The notes under the pieces are model-generated. The model made no database searches and was not told where the DNA came from. It saw only the letters and a program-made list of their open reading frames with translations. From the sequence record NC_019724.1: DNA of 43,741 nucleotides. The stretch is one strand, 5' to 3'. Both the position numbers and the translations under genes were made by a program. Position 1 is the first letter of the stretch. Each line of letters opens with the position of its first letter. Below are positions 9,577 through 19,900 of the stretch, in pieces. Origin of the DNA: Escherichia phage HK578.

Positions 9577-9637
9577 TTTGGCGCAATTCTGCGCGTGCTG
9601 TATCATTAAACCGTATATCTAAACAGGAGCGTTCATT

Positions 9638-10363
9638 ATGGGTTATCAACTTCCTAACGGGTCCAGCGTCCAGATTGGGTCCGTATTGGGTGCAGGCATC
9701 GCTGTTACGGCAGCGACCAACGCCGCGGCGTCAATCTCCGACCTTACGCAAGGTTGCGTAATTACCTGCGCGGAGTCTCACGGTCTGGTTGTTGGCGACG
9801 TTGTTATGTTCACTAAAACCCCGTGGGTCCGTGCGCTGAACCGCGCGTTCATCGTTGGTAAAGTGTCCGGGAACGACGTGACGCTGGCGCGCTTCGATAC
9901 TCAAGACGCCACCAAATACCCGACCGGTGCTTTCGGCGTAGGCACACCAGGCGAAGTGGTGAAAGTGTCGAATTTTATCGACTTCCCGTTTATCACCAAC
10001 GTTGCCGTGTCTGGTGGCGACCAGCAGACGACTACCTTCCAGCCGTTGCAGGTGAATACCGCGATCAGTCTGAACACCACGAAAAACCCGTTGGTACAGA
10101 CCTACACTTTCACCCATGACGAAGAAGACCCGATCCGCCCAATCCTGGAAGACCTGGACGACACACAGAAAACCACTGTGATTAAGTTCACTAACCCAGC
10201 GGCAGCAAGCGGCAAAGGTGAAATCCGCATTTACCCGGCGAAGGTGTCTTTCCGGAAGATTCCATCGGCTGAAGTAAACAACGTGGAGACGGTGGAGTCC
10301 ACGCTGACCATGCAATCCGATATGGTTATTTACCGTAAGGATCTGGTTGAGGCGCTGTCGTAA
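9638..10363 (+). CDS. major tail protein
   Basis: 241 aa, SD AGGAG, followed by strong terminator and then the chaperone/tape-measure genes (conserved siphovirus order). Confidence 0.65.
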   Translation: MGYQLPNGSSVQIGSVLGAGIAVTAATNAAASISDLTQGCVITCAESHGLVVGDVVMFTKTPWVRALNRAFIVGKVSGNDVTLARFDTQDATKYPTGAFGVGTPGEVVKVSNFIDFPFITNVAVSGGDQQTTTFQPLQVNTAISLNTTKNPLVQTYTFTHDEEDPIRPILEDLDDTQKTTVIKFTNPAAASGKGEIRIYPAKVSFRKIPSAEVNNVETVESTLTMQSDMVIYRKDLVEALS

Positions 10364-10393
10364 TTTGGTCGCTTAAATAGCGGGTGTTAATAT

Positions 10394-10416
10394 GGGGCCA
10401 GTACGGCCCCTTTTTT
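10394..10416 (+). terminator. intrinsic terminator after major tail gene
   Basis: GGGGCC-agtac-GGCCCC followed by TTTTTT. Confidence 0.7.
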
Positions 10417-10432
10417 ATTGGAGAATACTACA

Positions 10433-10795
10433 ATGGCTAAAGCACAACTCTTTACACTTGACCCTAAGCCGACTTTTAAGCTGCCGATTGAAATCCCGCG
10501 CCCCGGCGAAAACGAACCAGGCAAAATGACGTTTACCGTGCGCCACCGCCCTATAGACGAATTTTCGCAGACCATGCAGGATACAGAGCGAAAGTTGTCG
10601 GAATATGACGACAATGATCCGGACGGCTTTAATGTTATGGTCGAGGCCATCATGCACGTAGCGGAAGGGTGGAATCTGCCGGACGAATTTAACGCGGAGA
10701 ACGTCCGCCGCCTGGTGGTCAACTATCCGCGCGCGTTCGGCGTGTTCCACACTTCGTACTATCTCGAACTGATGGGATTGCGTGAAAAAAACTAA
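10433..10795 (+). CDS. tail assembly chaperone (G-like)
   Basis: ATG 10433 (MAKAQLFTLDPK...) with SD GGAGAA; ends with slippery A AAA AAC directly before stop; located before the tape measure gene. Confidence 0.7.
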   Translation: MAKAQLFTLDPKPTFKLPIEIPRPGENEPGKMTFTVRHRPIDEFSQTMQDTERKLSEYDDNDPDGFNVMVEAIMHVAEGWNLPDEFNAENVRRLVVNYPRAFGVFHTSYYLELMGLREKN

Positions 10796-11109
10796 TTGAG
10801 GCGGCGCGACGCTTTTATGGCCCGCCGCCACCCTCCGAAGATTTAGCCGCGAGTTTATGGGGCGCGACACCCGAAGACGTGTGTCCGCCCGTTGCGCTGT
10901 GGCCCGACAACGCGAAGGTAGTCGCAGTCTTCACAGATTGCTCCACGCAATGGCGTACCGGATTTGGCGGGGCATACGGCATAGACTACGGCGTACTGGA
11001 ATGGTTATTTAAGATGCACGGCATTGAAAACGCGCAACGTGCGTTTAAAGATATCAAGCTAATGGAACGCGTTGCGCTTGATGAAATGGCGCGGCAGAAC
11101 CCCGCATAA
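10433..11109 (+). CDS. tail assembly chaperone frameshift fusion (G-T-like)
   Basis: predicted ~225-aa product made by -1 slip at 10786-10792 joining 10433..10792 to the -1 frame ending at 11109; matches the conserved G/G-T arrangement upstream of tape measure genes. Confidence 0.55.
10786..10792 (+). other. -1 programmed ribosomal frameshift site (A AAA AAC)
   Basis: heptamer X XXY YYZ at the last two codons of the G-like ORF; -1 frame is open from here to 11109 (checked codon by codon 10792-10881). Confidence 0.6.
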
Positions 11110-11115
11110 CGAAGC

Positions 11116-11381
11116 AGGACAGGCGGGACGTCCCGTTTTATCCCGTTCTGTCCCGCACCTCTAAAAACTGCATATTTACCCACTCCTATTGCATAAATTA
11201 AAAGCGGGACAGGGGTGCTGTCCCGATCTGTCCCACCCCCAAAATGTGAATAGTTATGCAGTTTTCGCGCATAAAACAAACGGGACAAAAAGCGGGACAG
11301 AATTGGGCGGGACAAAGCGGGACGTCCCGCCGCCCCCATCAGTGCTGCCGCGTGTTTCAGCCGATCGGGACAGGCGGGACA
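11116..11381. repeat. GGGACA / TGTCCC iteron array (copy A region)
   Basis: about 13 copies of GGGACA or its complement in ~270 bp, including palindromes GGGACGTCCC (11125-11134, 11318-11327) and pairs spaced 9-12 nt. Confidence 0.7.
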
Positions 11382-11435
11382 AAGCCCAGTCTTTCAGACT
11401 AGACGGGGGTCATTGGCCCCCCTCGTCTGAGACTG
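11246..11435 (+). repeat. ~190-bp dispersed repeat, copy A
   Basis: aligns by eye at roughly 85 percent identity to 38348..38539: shared blocks tgaatagttatgcagtttt, cgggacaaaaagcgggacaga, gggcgggacaaagcgggac, gggacaggcgggacaaa and the terminal hairpin. Confidence 0.75.
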
Positions 11436-11503
11436 AATAAGGTTTGTTTTAAATTCGCTGATACAATGTCAACCGGCAACTGCATAAAAAGGGGGACTGC
11501 ATA

Positions 11504-14146
11504 ATGGCAGATCAGGCAGCGGGCATCACGCTCAAGGCGGACGTCGCGCAAATTAAAACGGCTAATACTGTGCTGGACACATTTGCGCAGAAATCCGAGA
11601 ACACAGAACAGAAAGTAAAAAAATTAAACGACACACTCGGCAAGTCTAAAAAGGTTACTGGCGACGCCGCGGGCGGAATGGAAAAGTTAGCGACTGAATC
11701 GCAGCGTGCCGCCGATGGTATGTCAAAACAGGAGCGACTCGCCAGCCGATTAGGCATGTCGACCAAAAACCTGGGATTCGCATCGCGGAACGCCGCATTC
11801 CAGTTACAGGATATCGCGGTAACGCTCGAGATGGGTATGCCGGTGCATCGAGTAATGCTTCAGCAGCTACCACAGCTTACGGGGGCGTTTGGTGGGTTGG
11901 GGAATACGCTGCGTTATGTCGTCGGCACCCTCGGCCCGATAGGGATCGGAATCGCTGCATTAACGGCAACGCTAGGCGTGGGCGTGGCGATTACGTCCCG
12001 CGCGGAAAACCAAGTGGCGGCGCTGAATAAGACGCTGGCGCTGTCCGGTAATATTTCGGGCCTCACCGCTAACCAGATCCTGGTGCTATCCGAGAACGCC
12101 GAGCGGATGGGCGGATCATTCCGCAAGACGCGTGACACAATTCAGTCACTGGCGGCGGCTGGGGTGAAAGCCGGAGCGGATTTCGGCGGGTTAGCAAAGG
12201 TGGTTAATGACTTTGCAAAGACGTCGGGCCAGCCTATTGAGGACGTGGTCGCGTCGGTGGCGAAGCTGTCCACTGACCCAGTAGGTGGTTTGCGCGCACT
12301 GGCGGATAAGTATCACGTCGTAACCGAAGCGCAGATCCAGCAGGTGCAGTCATTGGTGGATGTGGGCCGCGAGACAGATGCGGTTGCGCTGGCGAACAAA
12401 ACCGCCGCGGCGTCGTTTACCACTATGACAAACGATATCAAGGCGAACATGGGTACGCTTGAGCGGTCGATGAACGTCGTCACATCGGCAGCTAAATCCA
12501 TGTGGGACGCCATCCTGGATGTGGGCCGCGCGCAGTCCTCCAATGAGTCAGAGATGAAAGCGCGTGAATCCTTGCAGCGCATGACCACGGCTTACTATGC
12601 CGAGATGAAAGCGGTAAACGCTGCCGGTGGGGTGATGACTGAAGCGCAGAAAGCACGTATTAACATGCTTTACAGCGAAATGGTCGCCCAGGAGAAAGTA
12701 GTGGCGTCGCTCACCCTGCGCAACCGCGCCGAGCGGGACAACGCCCGCGCCTCGGACGAATCGGCGAAGGCGAACGAGGAGGCCAACCGCGCTGCCCGCG
12801 ACCGCGCCGCATTTGAGAAGGAATTCGCCACCAACGCGAAGAGGCGCTCCGACGAGATCGCTCGCCTCAATTTGCTGAATAAGCGCGGCGTTATTAGCGA
12901 GAAAGAGCTTGCCGAGGCGGTGAAGCAGGTAAACGAGCGCTACAAAGACCCGGCCCCGAAGAAGGCCGCGGCTGTTCGCGTGGATGCCGGTATGAAAATG
13001 CTGGAAGTCGCACGGAGCGAACTGGCCCAGCTTCGAGAATCCGGCAAGCAGATCGAAGCCAACGCATCGACGCAGACCCGCACACAACGCGCTCAAGCGG
13101 CCCTAAACAAGCTGATCGCCGACAATGAGCAGTTAATTGCTGCGAGCAAAGAAAGAGCGCTAACGGCAGCCGAAAAGCAGCAGATGGTCGAATTCGGACG
13201 CGTGAAGGAAGTGCGCGAGCAGATCGTCGAAGAAGCCAAATTGCTGGATGCGAAAGAGCAGCAGGTTAAGGCGCACGCGCAGATCGATGCCTTCGTTAAG
13301 AACCAGAACGCCGAACTAAAAGCCACCGCCGCGGGGTATGCGCTTTCCACTCGCGAAGCGGCAAACCTGCGCGAAGAATTGCAGCTAATTGATCGCCTGA
13401 AGCGGGTTGGCGCTAACGATACCGATATAGACAAGGCGGTGTCTAAGCTGCGCGAAGTGCAGGAAGCACAGACCGGAGCTAACGCCTCGCTATGGGATGG
13501 CTTCAGCCACGGGCTTAAGGATAGCGTGGATGAAATGGGTAACGGATATACGCAGATGGCGTCTCTCACGAAATTCACATTCAGCGCTATGCAGGACACG
13601 ATGAACGAGTTTTTCGAGACTGGCAAGCTGAACGCAAAGGATATGGTTAAGTCCATCCTGAGCGAATTAATCAAGCTGGCTACCTCGCAGGCGTTCAAGT
13701 CCATCGTTAGCGCTTTCGGTGGTGACGGCGGCAAAAACGGATTGTTCGGCGCTATCTTCTCTGGCCTTACTAAGAATGCGGACGGTGGAGCGTACGCAGG
13801 AGGCAATCTCGCGGCCTATTCGGGGAAAGTGGTAAGCCAGCCTACCTTTTTCAGTTATGGCGTCCAGGCGTTCGCTAAGGGCGCTGGGTTGATGGGTGAG
13901 GCTGGGCCTGAGGCCATCATGCCGCTGAAGCGCGGGCCGGACGGGAAACTGGGCGTTGCTGCGTCTGGCGCAGGTGGTGGTATGGTCGTGACGACTAACG
14001 TTTACACGGGGACCGGTAAAACGGATACCAGTGTCGGCGGGCCGGACCCCCGTACCGCGCAGGCGTTCGGCAAGCAAATCACCGAGGCGGTGAAGGCCGA
14101 GATCGTGAAGGCGACGAAACCGGGTGGTGTACTTTATAAACGATGA
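11504..14146 (+). CDS. tail tape measure protein
   Basis: 880 aa, helical Ala/Gln/Glu/Lys-rich, Gly-rich C-terminal region; SD AGGGGGA; follows G/G-T. Confidence 0.85.
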   Translation: MADQAAGITLKADVAQIKTANTVLDTFAQKSENTEQKVKKLNDTLGKSKKVTGDAAGGMEKLATESQRAADGMSKQERLASRLGMSTKNLGFASRNAAFQLQDIAVTLEMGMPVHRVMLQQLPQLTGAFGGLGNTLRYVVGTLGPIGIGIAALTATLGVGVAITSRAENQVAALNKTLALSGNISGLTANQILVLSENAERMGGSFRKTRDTIQSLAAAGVKAGADFGGLAKVVNDFAKTSGQPIEDVVASVAKLSTDPVGGLRALADKYHVVTEAQIQQVQSLVDVGRETDAVALANKTAAASFTTMTNDIKANMGTLERSMNVVTSAAKSMWDAILDVGRAQSSNESEMKARESLQRMTTAYYAEMKAVNAAGGVMTEAQKARINMLYSEMVAQEKVVASLTLRNRAERDNARASDESAKANEEANRAARDRAAFEKEFATNAKRRSDEIARLNLLNKRGVISEKELAEAVKQVNERYKDPAPKKAAAVRVDAGMKMLEVARSELAQLRESGKQIEANASTQTRTQRAQAALNKLIADNEQLIAASKERALTAAEKQQMVEFGRVKEVREQIVEEAKLLDAKEQQVKAHAQIDAFVKNQNAELKATAAGYALSTREAANLREELQLIDRLKRVGANDTDIDKAVSKLREVQEAQTGANASLWDGFSHGLKDSVDEMGNGYTQMASLTKFTFSAMQDTMNEFFETGKLNAKDMVKSILSELIKLATSQAFKSIVSAFGGDGGKNGLFGAIFSGLTKNADGGAYAGGNLAAYSGKVVSQPTFFSYGVQAFAKGAGLMGEAGPEAIMPLKRGPDGKLGVAASGAGGGMVVTTNVYTGTGKTDTSVGGPDPRTAQAFGKQITEAVKAEIVKATKPGGVLYKR

Positions 14147-14180
14147 TAAAATGGCCCTCACTACAACGTGGGGGCTTTTT

Positions 14181-14780
14181 ATGTCACAAGGTACAATCAC
14201 ACTAACGAAAGGAAGTAAGACCGTCACGGGCGCGGGAACGGCGTTCCTTAGCGAGATCGGTAAGGTACTCGTATTCGCCCGCATCGACGGCAACGACTAC
14301 ACCGGCAAAATTGCTGCATTCAACTCGAACACGGTCATTACTCTGAAAGATAACTGGGCTGGGCCAACGAAATCCGGTGCGGCATATGAGCTAATCGAAG
14401 CACACGACCCGCGATCAAACGAATGGCCATATTACTGGCACATGCAATTGCAGGGCGGTGGCGACGTGCAGTTAGCTTTCCGGTCCGAGGAATTGCAATT
14501 CGGTAATGGCTACGGGCAGAACATCGCGGACGGCCCGAACGCCGAAACTAAACAGTTCCCCGTGCAATTCGTCGGGCTGACTACTGACAAGTGGTGTAAC
14601 CCTAAGCTGGTTTACAACTTCCTTCGCGGGCACTTCGTCAAGCCGTTTGTCGTCACCGCGCCGGATGGAGAAACAGGTTTGTTCGTGGTTGAGCGTTCGA
14701 GCTTGTCGTACACGGACGACGGGCACTACACGGCAACGGTATCCGCCACCCTTAAAACAGCTATTGGATTCGTAAGATGA
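14181..14780 (+). CDS. minor tail protein (M-like)
   Basis: ATG 14181 (MSQGTITLTKGSK...) after SD GTGGGGG; first gene after tape measure in lambda-like order M-L-K-I-J. Confidence 0.55.
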   Translation: MSQGTITLTKGSKTVTGAGTAFLSEIGKVLVFARIDGNDYTGKIAAFNSNTVITLKDNWAGPTKSGAAYELIEAHDPRSNEWPYYWHMQLQGGGDVQLAFRSEELQFGNGYGQNIADGPNAETKQFPVQFVGLTTDKWCNPKLVYNFLRGHFVKPFVVTAPDGETGLFVVERSSLSYTDDGHYTATVSATLKTAIGFVR

Positions 14781-15565
14781 ATAAACTATATCGTGAGGCG
14801 ACGCGCTTTGACCCATCGGGCCGAGTTCGCCTGATTCATATTGACGCGCAGGACGTGGAGCCAGGCGACGGTGCGATCGGAGCGGGCCATCACTATTTTC
14901 ATTACTGCTTTATTCCGCACACTGCGGAGGATATTGCTGCCGCTGGGGGTGACGAGGATAAGCTAAAACCTAAATCCATCTTCTTCGGCGGGCAGGAGTT
15001 CGAATTTTGGCCCTTCGATTTGTCCGGCCTCAACTTCTCCACATCAACGGCAGCAGAACCGCAGCTGACCATTGTCGATATTGGCGGAATTATCACCCGG
15101 CTGTCGCTGAATCACGACCAGCTACTGGGCGCGAAGGTTGAAATAATCGACACATTCGCGAAGTTCCTGGACAACGGGACCGATCCAGACCCGACGCAAA
15201 AACGTGTCCAGGAGTATTACATCGACTCGCAGGTCGGGCGCAATCCGGGCAAGCAAATCACCTTCGCACTATCCTCACCCGCGGATATGGAAGGGCAGGT
15301 TGTACCACGTCGCCAAATCATGAATATGTGCGAATGGGCGCTCAACGGGAAGTACGCCAGCGGGGACGGGTGTACGTGGAACCTTGCGAAGCCTGGGATC
15401 AAGTATTACGACGAGCGTGGTAACGAAGTCATTGCGATGAATATGGACCGATGCGGAGGCTGTTTGTCTGATTGTTATCTTCGTTTTGGGCAGGGGCTTG
15501 CCGATCCTAAAGCTGCGGTGTTGGACTTCGGTGGTTTTCCTGGGTCCAAATTGATTAAGGGGTAG
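14777..15565 (+). CDS. minor tail protein (L-like)
   Basis: 262 aa; start overlaps upstream stop; contains Cys cluster (CGGCLSDC) near C-terminus; position in M-L-K-I-J block. Confidence 0.6.
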   Translation: MNKLYREATRFDPSGRVRLIHIDAQDVEPGDGAIGAGHHYFHYCFIPHTAEDIAAAGGDEDKLKPKSIFFGGQEFEFWPFDLSGLNFSTSTAAEPQLTIVDIGGIITRLSLNHDQLLGAKVEIIDTFAKFLDNGTDPDPTQKRVQEYYIDSQVGRNPGKQITFALSSPADMEGQVVPRRQIMNMCEWALNGKYASGDGCTWNLAKPGIKYYDERGNEVIAMNMDRCGGCLSDCYLRFGQGLADPKAAVLDFGGFPGSKLIKG

Positions 15566-15567
15566 CC

Positions 15568-16308
15568 ATGTTAACGAAGAAGGTTAAAAGCGATATCGCC
15601 GCGCACGTTGCGGCCTGTCTGCCGGAAGAAGCCTGTGGGTTGGTCGTCATGGTAGGCCGCAAACAAGTATTTGTCCCGTGCATGAACGTATTCGAAGACC
15701 CTACCGGCGTGCGCTCGCGAAAGGACGCGTTTACAATCAGCGATATGGCCTGGATGGATGCCGAGGATATGGGCGACGTCGTGCGCGTAGTCCACTCGCA
15801 TCCAGGACAGCGAGAGCTTACCCCCTCACTGGGCGACGTTAACGGATGCAACGGCAGCGGCGTAGTCTGGACCATCACTAACGAATATGGCGACTTTATC
15901 GAGATTGACCCTGAAGACCCTCCGCTGGTGGGGCGTCGATTTGTTCTCGGAATTACGGATTGTTACGGCCTCGTCATGGACTGGCACAAAAAGCAGGGTG
16001 TAAACCTGCCAGACTTCCGCGTGCCGTATAACTGGTGGGAGACAGGCGAAAACCTGTATATGGACAATTGGTACGGCGCGGGCTTCAGGGAGTGTGAGGA
16101 AAATACGCCGGGGGCGATGGTCATAATGCAAATCAGCGCGCCGGTGCCTAACCATGCCGGGATATTCCTTCCGGGCAACCAACTACTACACCATATCTAC
16201 GGCAGTCTGTCGAGCGTAGTCCCCTTCCGGGCAGGATTTTTCCGCGACAATGTGGTTAAATGGGTACGTCATAAAGACCTACCAGGGGATATCACAGAAT
16301 GGCAATGA
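15568..16308 (+). CDS. tail assembly protein K-like (MPN/JAMM + NlpC/P60)
   Basis: JAMM motif VVHSHPGQ...SLGD and downstream Cys/His pair (DCYGLV ... HAGIF) consistent with lambda K-type proteins. Confidence 0.8.
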   Translation: MLTKKVKSDIAAHVAACLPEEACGLVVMVGRKQVFVPCMNVFEDPTGVRSRKDAFTISDMAWMDAEDMGDVVRVVHSHPGQRELTPSLGDVNGCNGSGVVWTITNEYGDFIEIDPEDPPLVGRRFVLGITDCYGLVMDWHKKQGVNLPDFRVPYNWWETGENLYMDNWYGAGFRECEENTPGAMVIMQISAPVPNHAGIFLPGNQLLHHIYGSLSSVVPFRAGFFRDNVVKWVRHKDLPGDITEWQ

Positions 16309-16916
16309 CCACGTTTAAATTGTACGGCGTCTTAGGGCGTCGTTTTGGTAAAGTGCATAAGCTGGACTGCTTCACACCGGGCGAAGGCATCACAGGCCTG
16401 TGCGTGAAGCTGCCAGGGTTACAAGACTTTTTAATGTCGGCCCACCTGGAAAATATTATGTTCAAGGTGCGCAAGGGCAATCACACAATGACCGGATACG
16501 ACGAGTTGGGAGAGTTCCACGGCGACCGCGTAGTGACCATCGCACCGGTTATGACCGGCGCAAAACGCGGACTAGGCCAATTACTGGCGGGAGTAGCCAT
16601 CGTGGTGGCGTCGTTCTACACCGGCGGGCTTGCTACTGCCGCTTTTGGTGCTTCCGCCGCGACCGCTGCCGCGATTGGTACGGCGACGTTCTCGTTCGGG
16701 ATGTCGATGGCGCTGGGTGGCGTTATGCAATTGCTGTCGCCACAGCCGAAAGGATTGCAGACACGGCAGGATGTGGACAACAAGGCGTCTTATGCGTTCG
16801 GCGGACCGGTAAACACAACCGCGCAAGGTACGGCACTTGGTGTATTATGGGGCGAGCGTGAGATCGGCGGCGCTATTATTTCCGCCGGAATCGTAACAGA
16901 GGATTTGAACGAATGA
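16299..16916 (+). CDS. tail assembly protein I-like
   Basis: 205 aa with Gly/Ala-rich hydrophobic C-terminal half; between K-like and J-like genes. Confidence 0.6.
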   Translation: MAMTTFKLYGVLGRRFGKVHKLDCFTPGEGITGLCVKLPGLQDFLMSAHLENIMFKVRKGNHTMTGYDELGEFHGDRVVTIAPVMTGAKRGLGQLLAGVAIVVASFYTGGLATAAFGASAATAAAIGTATFSFGMSMALGGVMQLLSPQPKGLQTRQDVDNKASYAFGGPVNTTAQGTALGVLWGEREIGGAIISAGIVTEDLNE

Positions 16917-19900
16917 CGATTGTCTACGACGTCACAGGCCATAAAGGCGGCGGTGGCAAACAGCACACCCCACAGGAGACACCAGATAGCCTGCATTCGC
17001 TGGCTAAAATCCGCATCTTGCTCGCACTGGGTGAAGGTGAGTTCGAAGGCATTCCCGACCCCAACGAATTACGGCAGCGCGTTTATTTGGACGGCACACC
17101 GATCCAGAACGCCGACCGATCCGAAAACTTCCCCGGCGCGCGCGTGGAGTTCCGCCCCGGCACACAGCACCAGGACGTGATTCACGGATTTTCCGCGGTG
17201 GAAAGCGAGCAAACCGTAGGCGTAAAACTGGAATACGGCACGCCGTGGGTGCGCCAGATTAACGACACCAGTCTTGACGCCGTGCGCATTCGCATCGGCA
17301 TTCCAGCCCTGTACACTAACGAAGATAATGGCGACCTGGTGGGCGGGCGCATCGACTATAAGATAGTTGTGTATACGGATAACGCCGACCCGCGTGAGTT
17401 CAGATTCGCCGCCGTTGGTAAAACAATGTCGCTATATGAGCGCGATCACCGCATCGAGCTACCGCCGAACGTTAACACCGGCTGGCGCGTGGAGGTGCAC
17501 CGCATAACGGCAGACTCCACATCGGCGAAAGTGGTTAATGATATCCGGGTGCAGTCCATCACTGAGATTATCGACGCCCGCCTGCGTTACCCGCTAACCG
17601 CGCTGTTGTTCGTGGAGTTCGACGCCAAAGCGTTCCAGAACATCCCGCGCGTGTCCATCAAGTGCAAAGGCCGCAAAGTTCTAATACCGAACAACTACGA
17701 CCCGATTAATCATACCTATTCCGGGGACTGGGATGGTACGTTTAAACGCGCCTGGACGGATAACCCTGCGTGGCACTGGTACGACATTTGTATTACTGAG
17801 CGCTTCGGCCTCGGTCGGCGTATCAAACCGCAAATGCTAAATCGATACGCGCTCTACCAGATTGCGCAGCGCTGCGATCAGTTGGTCAGCGACGGCAACG
17901 GTGGTCGCGAAATCCGCTTTAAGAATGATATGTACATTCAGTCACAGACGGATGCCTGGACCGTGCTTAAGGATTTGGCTGCCATCTTCGCCGGAATGAC
18001 CTGGTGGGGCAACCAGATGTTGAATATCGTCAGTGACCAACCGGTAGCCGCGGTGTCCCACACTATTACCAACGCATCTGTTATTGATGGGCGATTCGAC
18101 TACGCATCTGGCAGCCAGAAAACTCGCTATTCCACATTCGCGGTAGCATACGGCAATCCGAAAAACCACTATGATGACGCCATCGCAACGGGCCAGCGCG
18201 TCGAACTGGTGCGCCGCCATAAGATTAACCGTCTCGATATTACGGCGATCGGCTGTACGCGCGAATCCGAAGCGCAACGCCGGGGGCACTGGGCGCTAAT
18301 CTCAAACCAGCTTGACCAGCAAGTTAGTTTTAAGGTGGGCATGGAGGGGTTGTTCTTTATCCCTGGTAGCGTAGTTGCGATCGCAGATACTAATATTTCT
18401 GGCGGATTCGAGACTCGGGGTGGGCGTCTATTGTCGGACCCCGGCACGCGTATCGTGCTGAACACAGACAGCGAAATCACATTCCGCCCCGGCGATAAGT
18501 TCCTGGTCCGCACAGATAGCGGAAATGTTGAGACTCGCGAGATCGCCAGCGTCAACGGTAACAAGGTAACGCTAAAAACCGCACTGGATGCCGACCCGAT
18601 CCCCGATCAGCCGTTTTGCGTTGACGGGAATGATATCCAGTTGCAAAAATTCCGCATCACCGATCTGGAATATGACGACTCTACGAGCACTTTCTCGGTG
18701 CGCGGGATTGAATATAACGATAGCAAATATGATGCCGTTGATAATGGCGCGCGCCTAGACCCGGGCATCTTTACGCAAGTGCCGGACGGTGTAATGAAGG
18801 GGCCAGAATCCGTGACCATAACCCCGTCGCAGATTTCAACGCAAGGCCAGCTAATCACCAACGTGGATATTGTATTCCCTCCGGTGAAGGATGCCGTGGT
18901 GTATGAAATCCAGTGGCGACGTACCAGCTTGCAGAATATGGAAATCCAGTGGGGAAACGACTGGGTGAACATCCCACGCACGGCATCAAACGGTGCGCAC
19001 ATCCATAACGTGTTTTCCGGTAACTATCAGGCACGCGTCCGCGCGATCGGTATGGGGGAGATTTCATCCCCGTGGGTGTCTTCCGAGATCACGCCGGTGG
19101 AAGGTCGCCTCGGCGGGCTTAACGCACCTATCATCACCAACGCGATTTCTGGCCTTCACCAGATTTTGTGGAAGTGGAACCACAACAACGCCGCGACGGA
19201 TATTTCATACACCGAGCTTGAAGTGCGCAAGACGGGCGAGACGGAATGGAAATTCCTGTCCAACGTCCCATATCCTGGCGCGGAGTACGCGCAAACGTCG
19301 CTGGAGTTCGGCATATACCAGCAGTTGCGCGCCCGTGTAGCGGATAAAATCGGCAACCTGTCGGACTGGTCAGCCCCGTTCGAAGGCCAAGTGAGTGACA
19401 AAGTTGACGAGTACATGAAGGGACTTGATGACGAGTTCTTGACTTCCGAGGATGGTAAACACTTCCAGGAAGCTATTAACACGATCCCGCAAGGCATTTA
19501 CGAGGCGATGCTCACTGACGCGCAGCAATTATTTAACGCCCGTGCCGAGTACAAAGGGATTTACGCAGAAATCAAGGTGGCTTATAACGTAGCCGCGGAT
19601 GCCCACCAGGCAGTAGCACAACTGGAGACGTTGATCGGCTCGCGCCTTGATGACGCGGAAGCATCAATCCACACGTTGCAGACCGCGCAAAGCACGCATG
19701 AACAAGCGTTCGCCCAGTACCAGCAAACTGTTGCCGCTAAGTTCGCCGATCAGGAAGCCGCCATCCAGTCAGTGCAAACGGCAACGGCGGATGTAGCTGG
19801 CGCGCTGGCGGAGTACAAGACCCAGGTCGCGGCACAGTTCGGTCAGCAGTCCGCCGCAATCGAGCAGAAGATGACGTCTTCGTTTAACCACTCTGGTGGT

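Noticed and set aside
11116-11381. Possible CRISPR array
   Set aside because: Repeat unit is only 6-8 bp with irregular 9-16 nt spacing and both orientations; no 25-40 bp repeats with uniform spacers and no cas genes.
10986-11440. Track ORFs overlapping the GGGACA repeat region (11189..11440 +, 10986..11339 -)
   Set aside because: They are built from the repeat DNA itself, lack SD sequences, and the homologous copy at 38.3-38.5 kb has indels that break the frame; treated as non-coding.
13093-13806. Long antisense ORF inside the tape measure gene (237 aa, minus strand)
   Set aside because: Shadow ORF within a confidently called gene, Ser/Ala-rich low-complexity translation, no start context; similar antisense ORFs (e.g. 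5721..6275 -, 6982..7551 -, 29955..30491 +, 31098..31994 +, 33210..33839 +, 23969..24712 +) rejected for the same reason.
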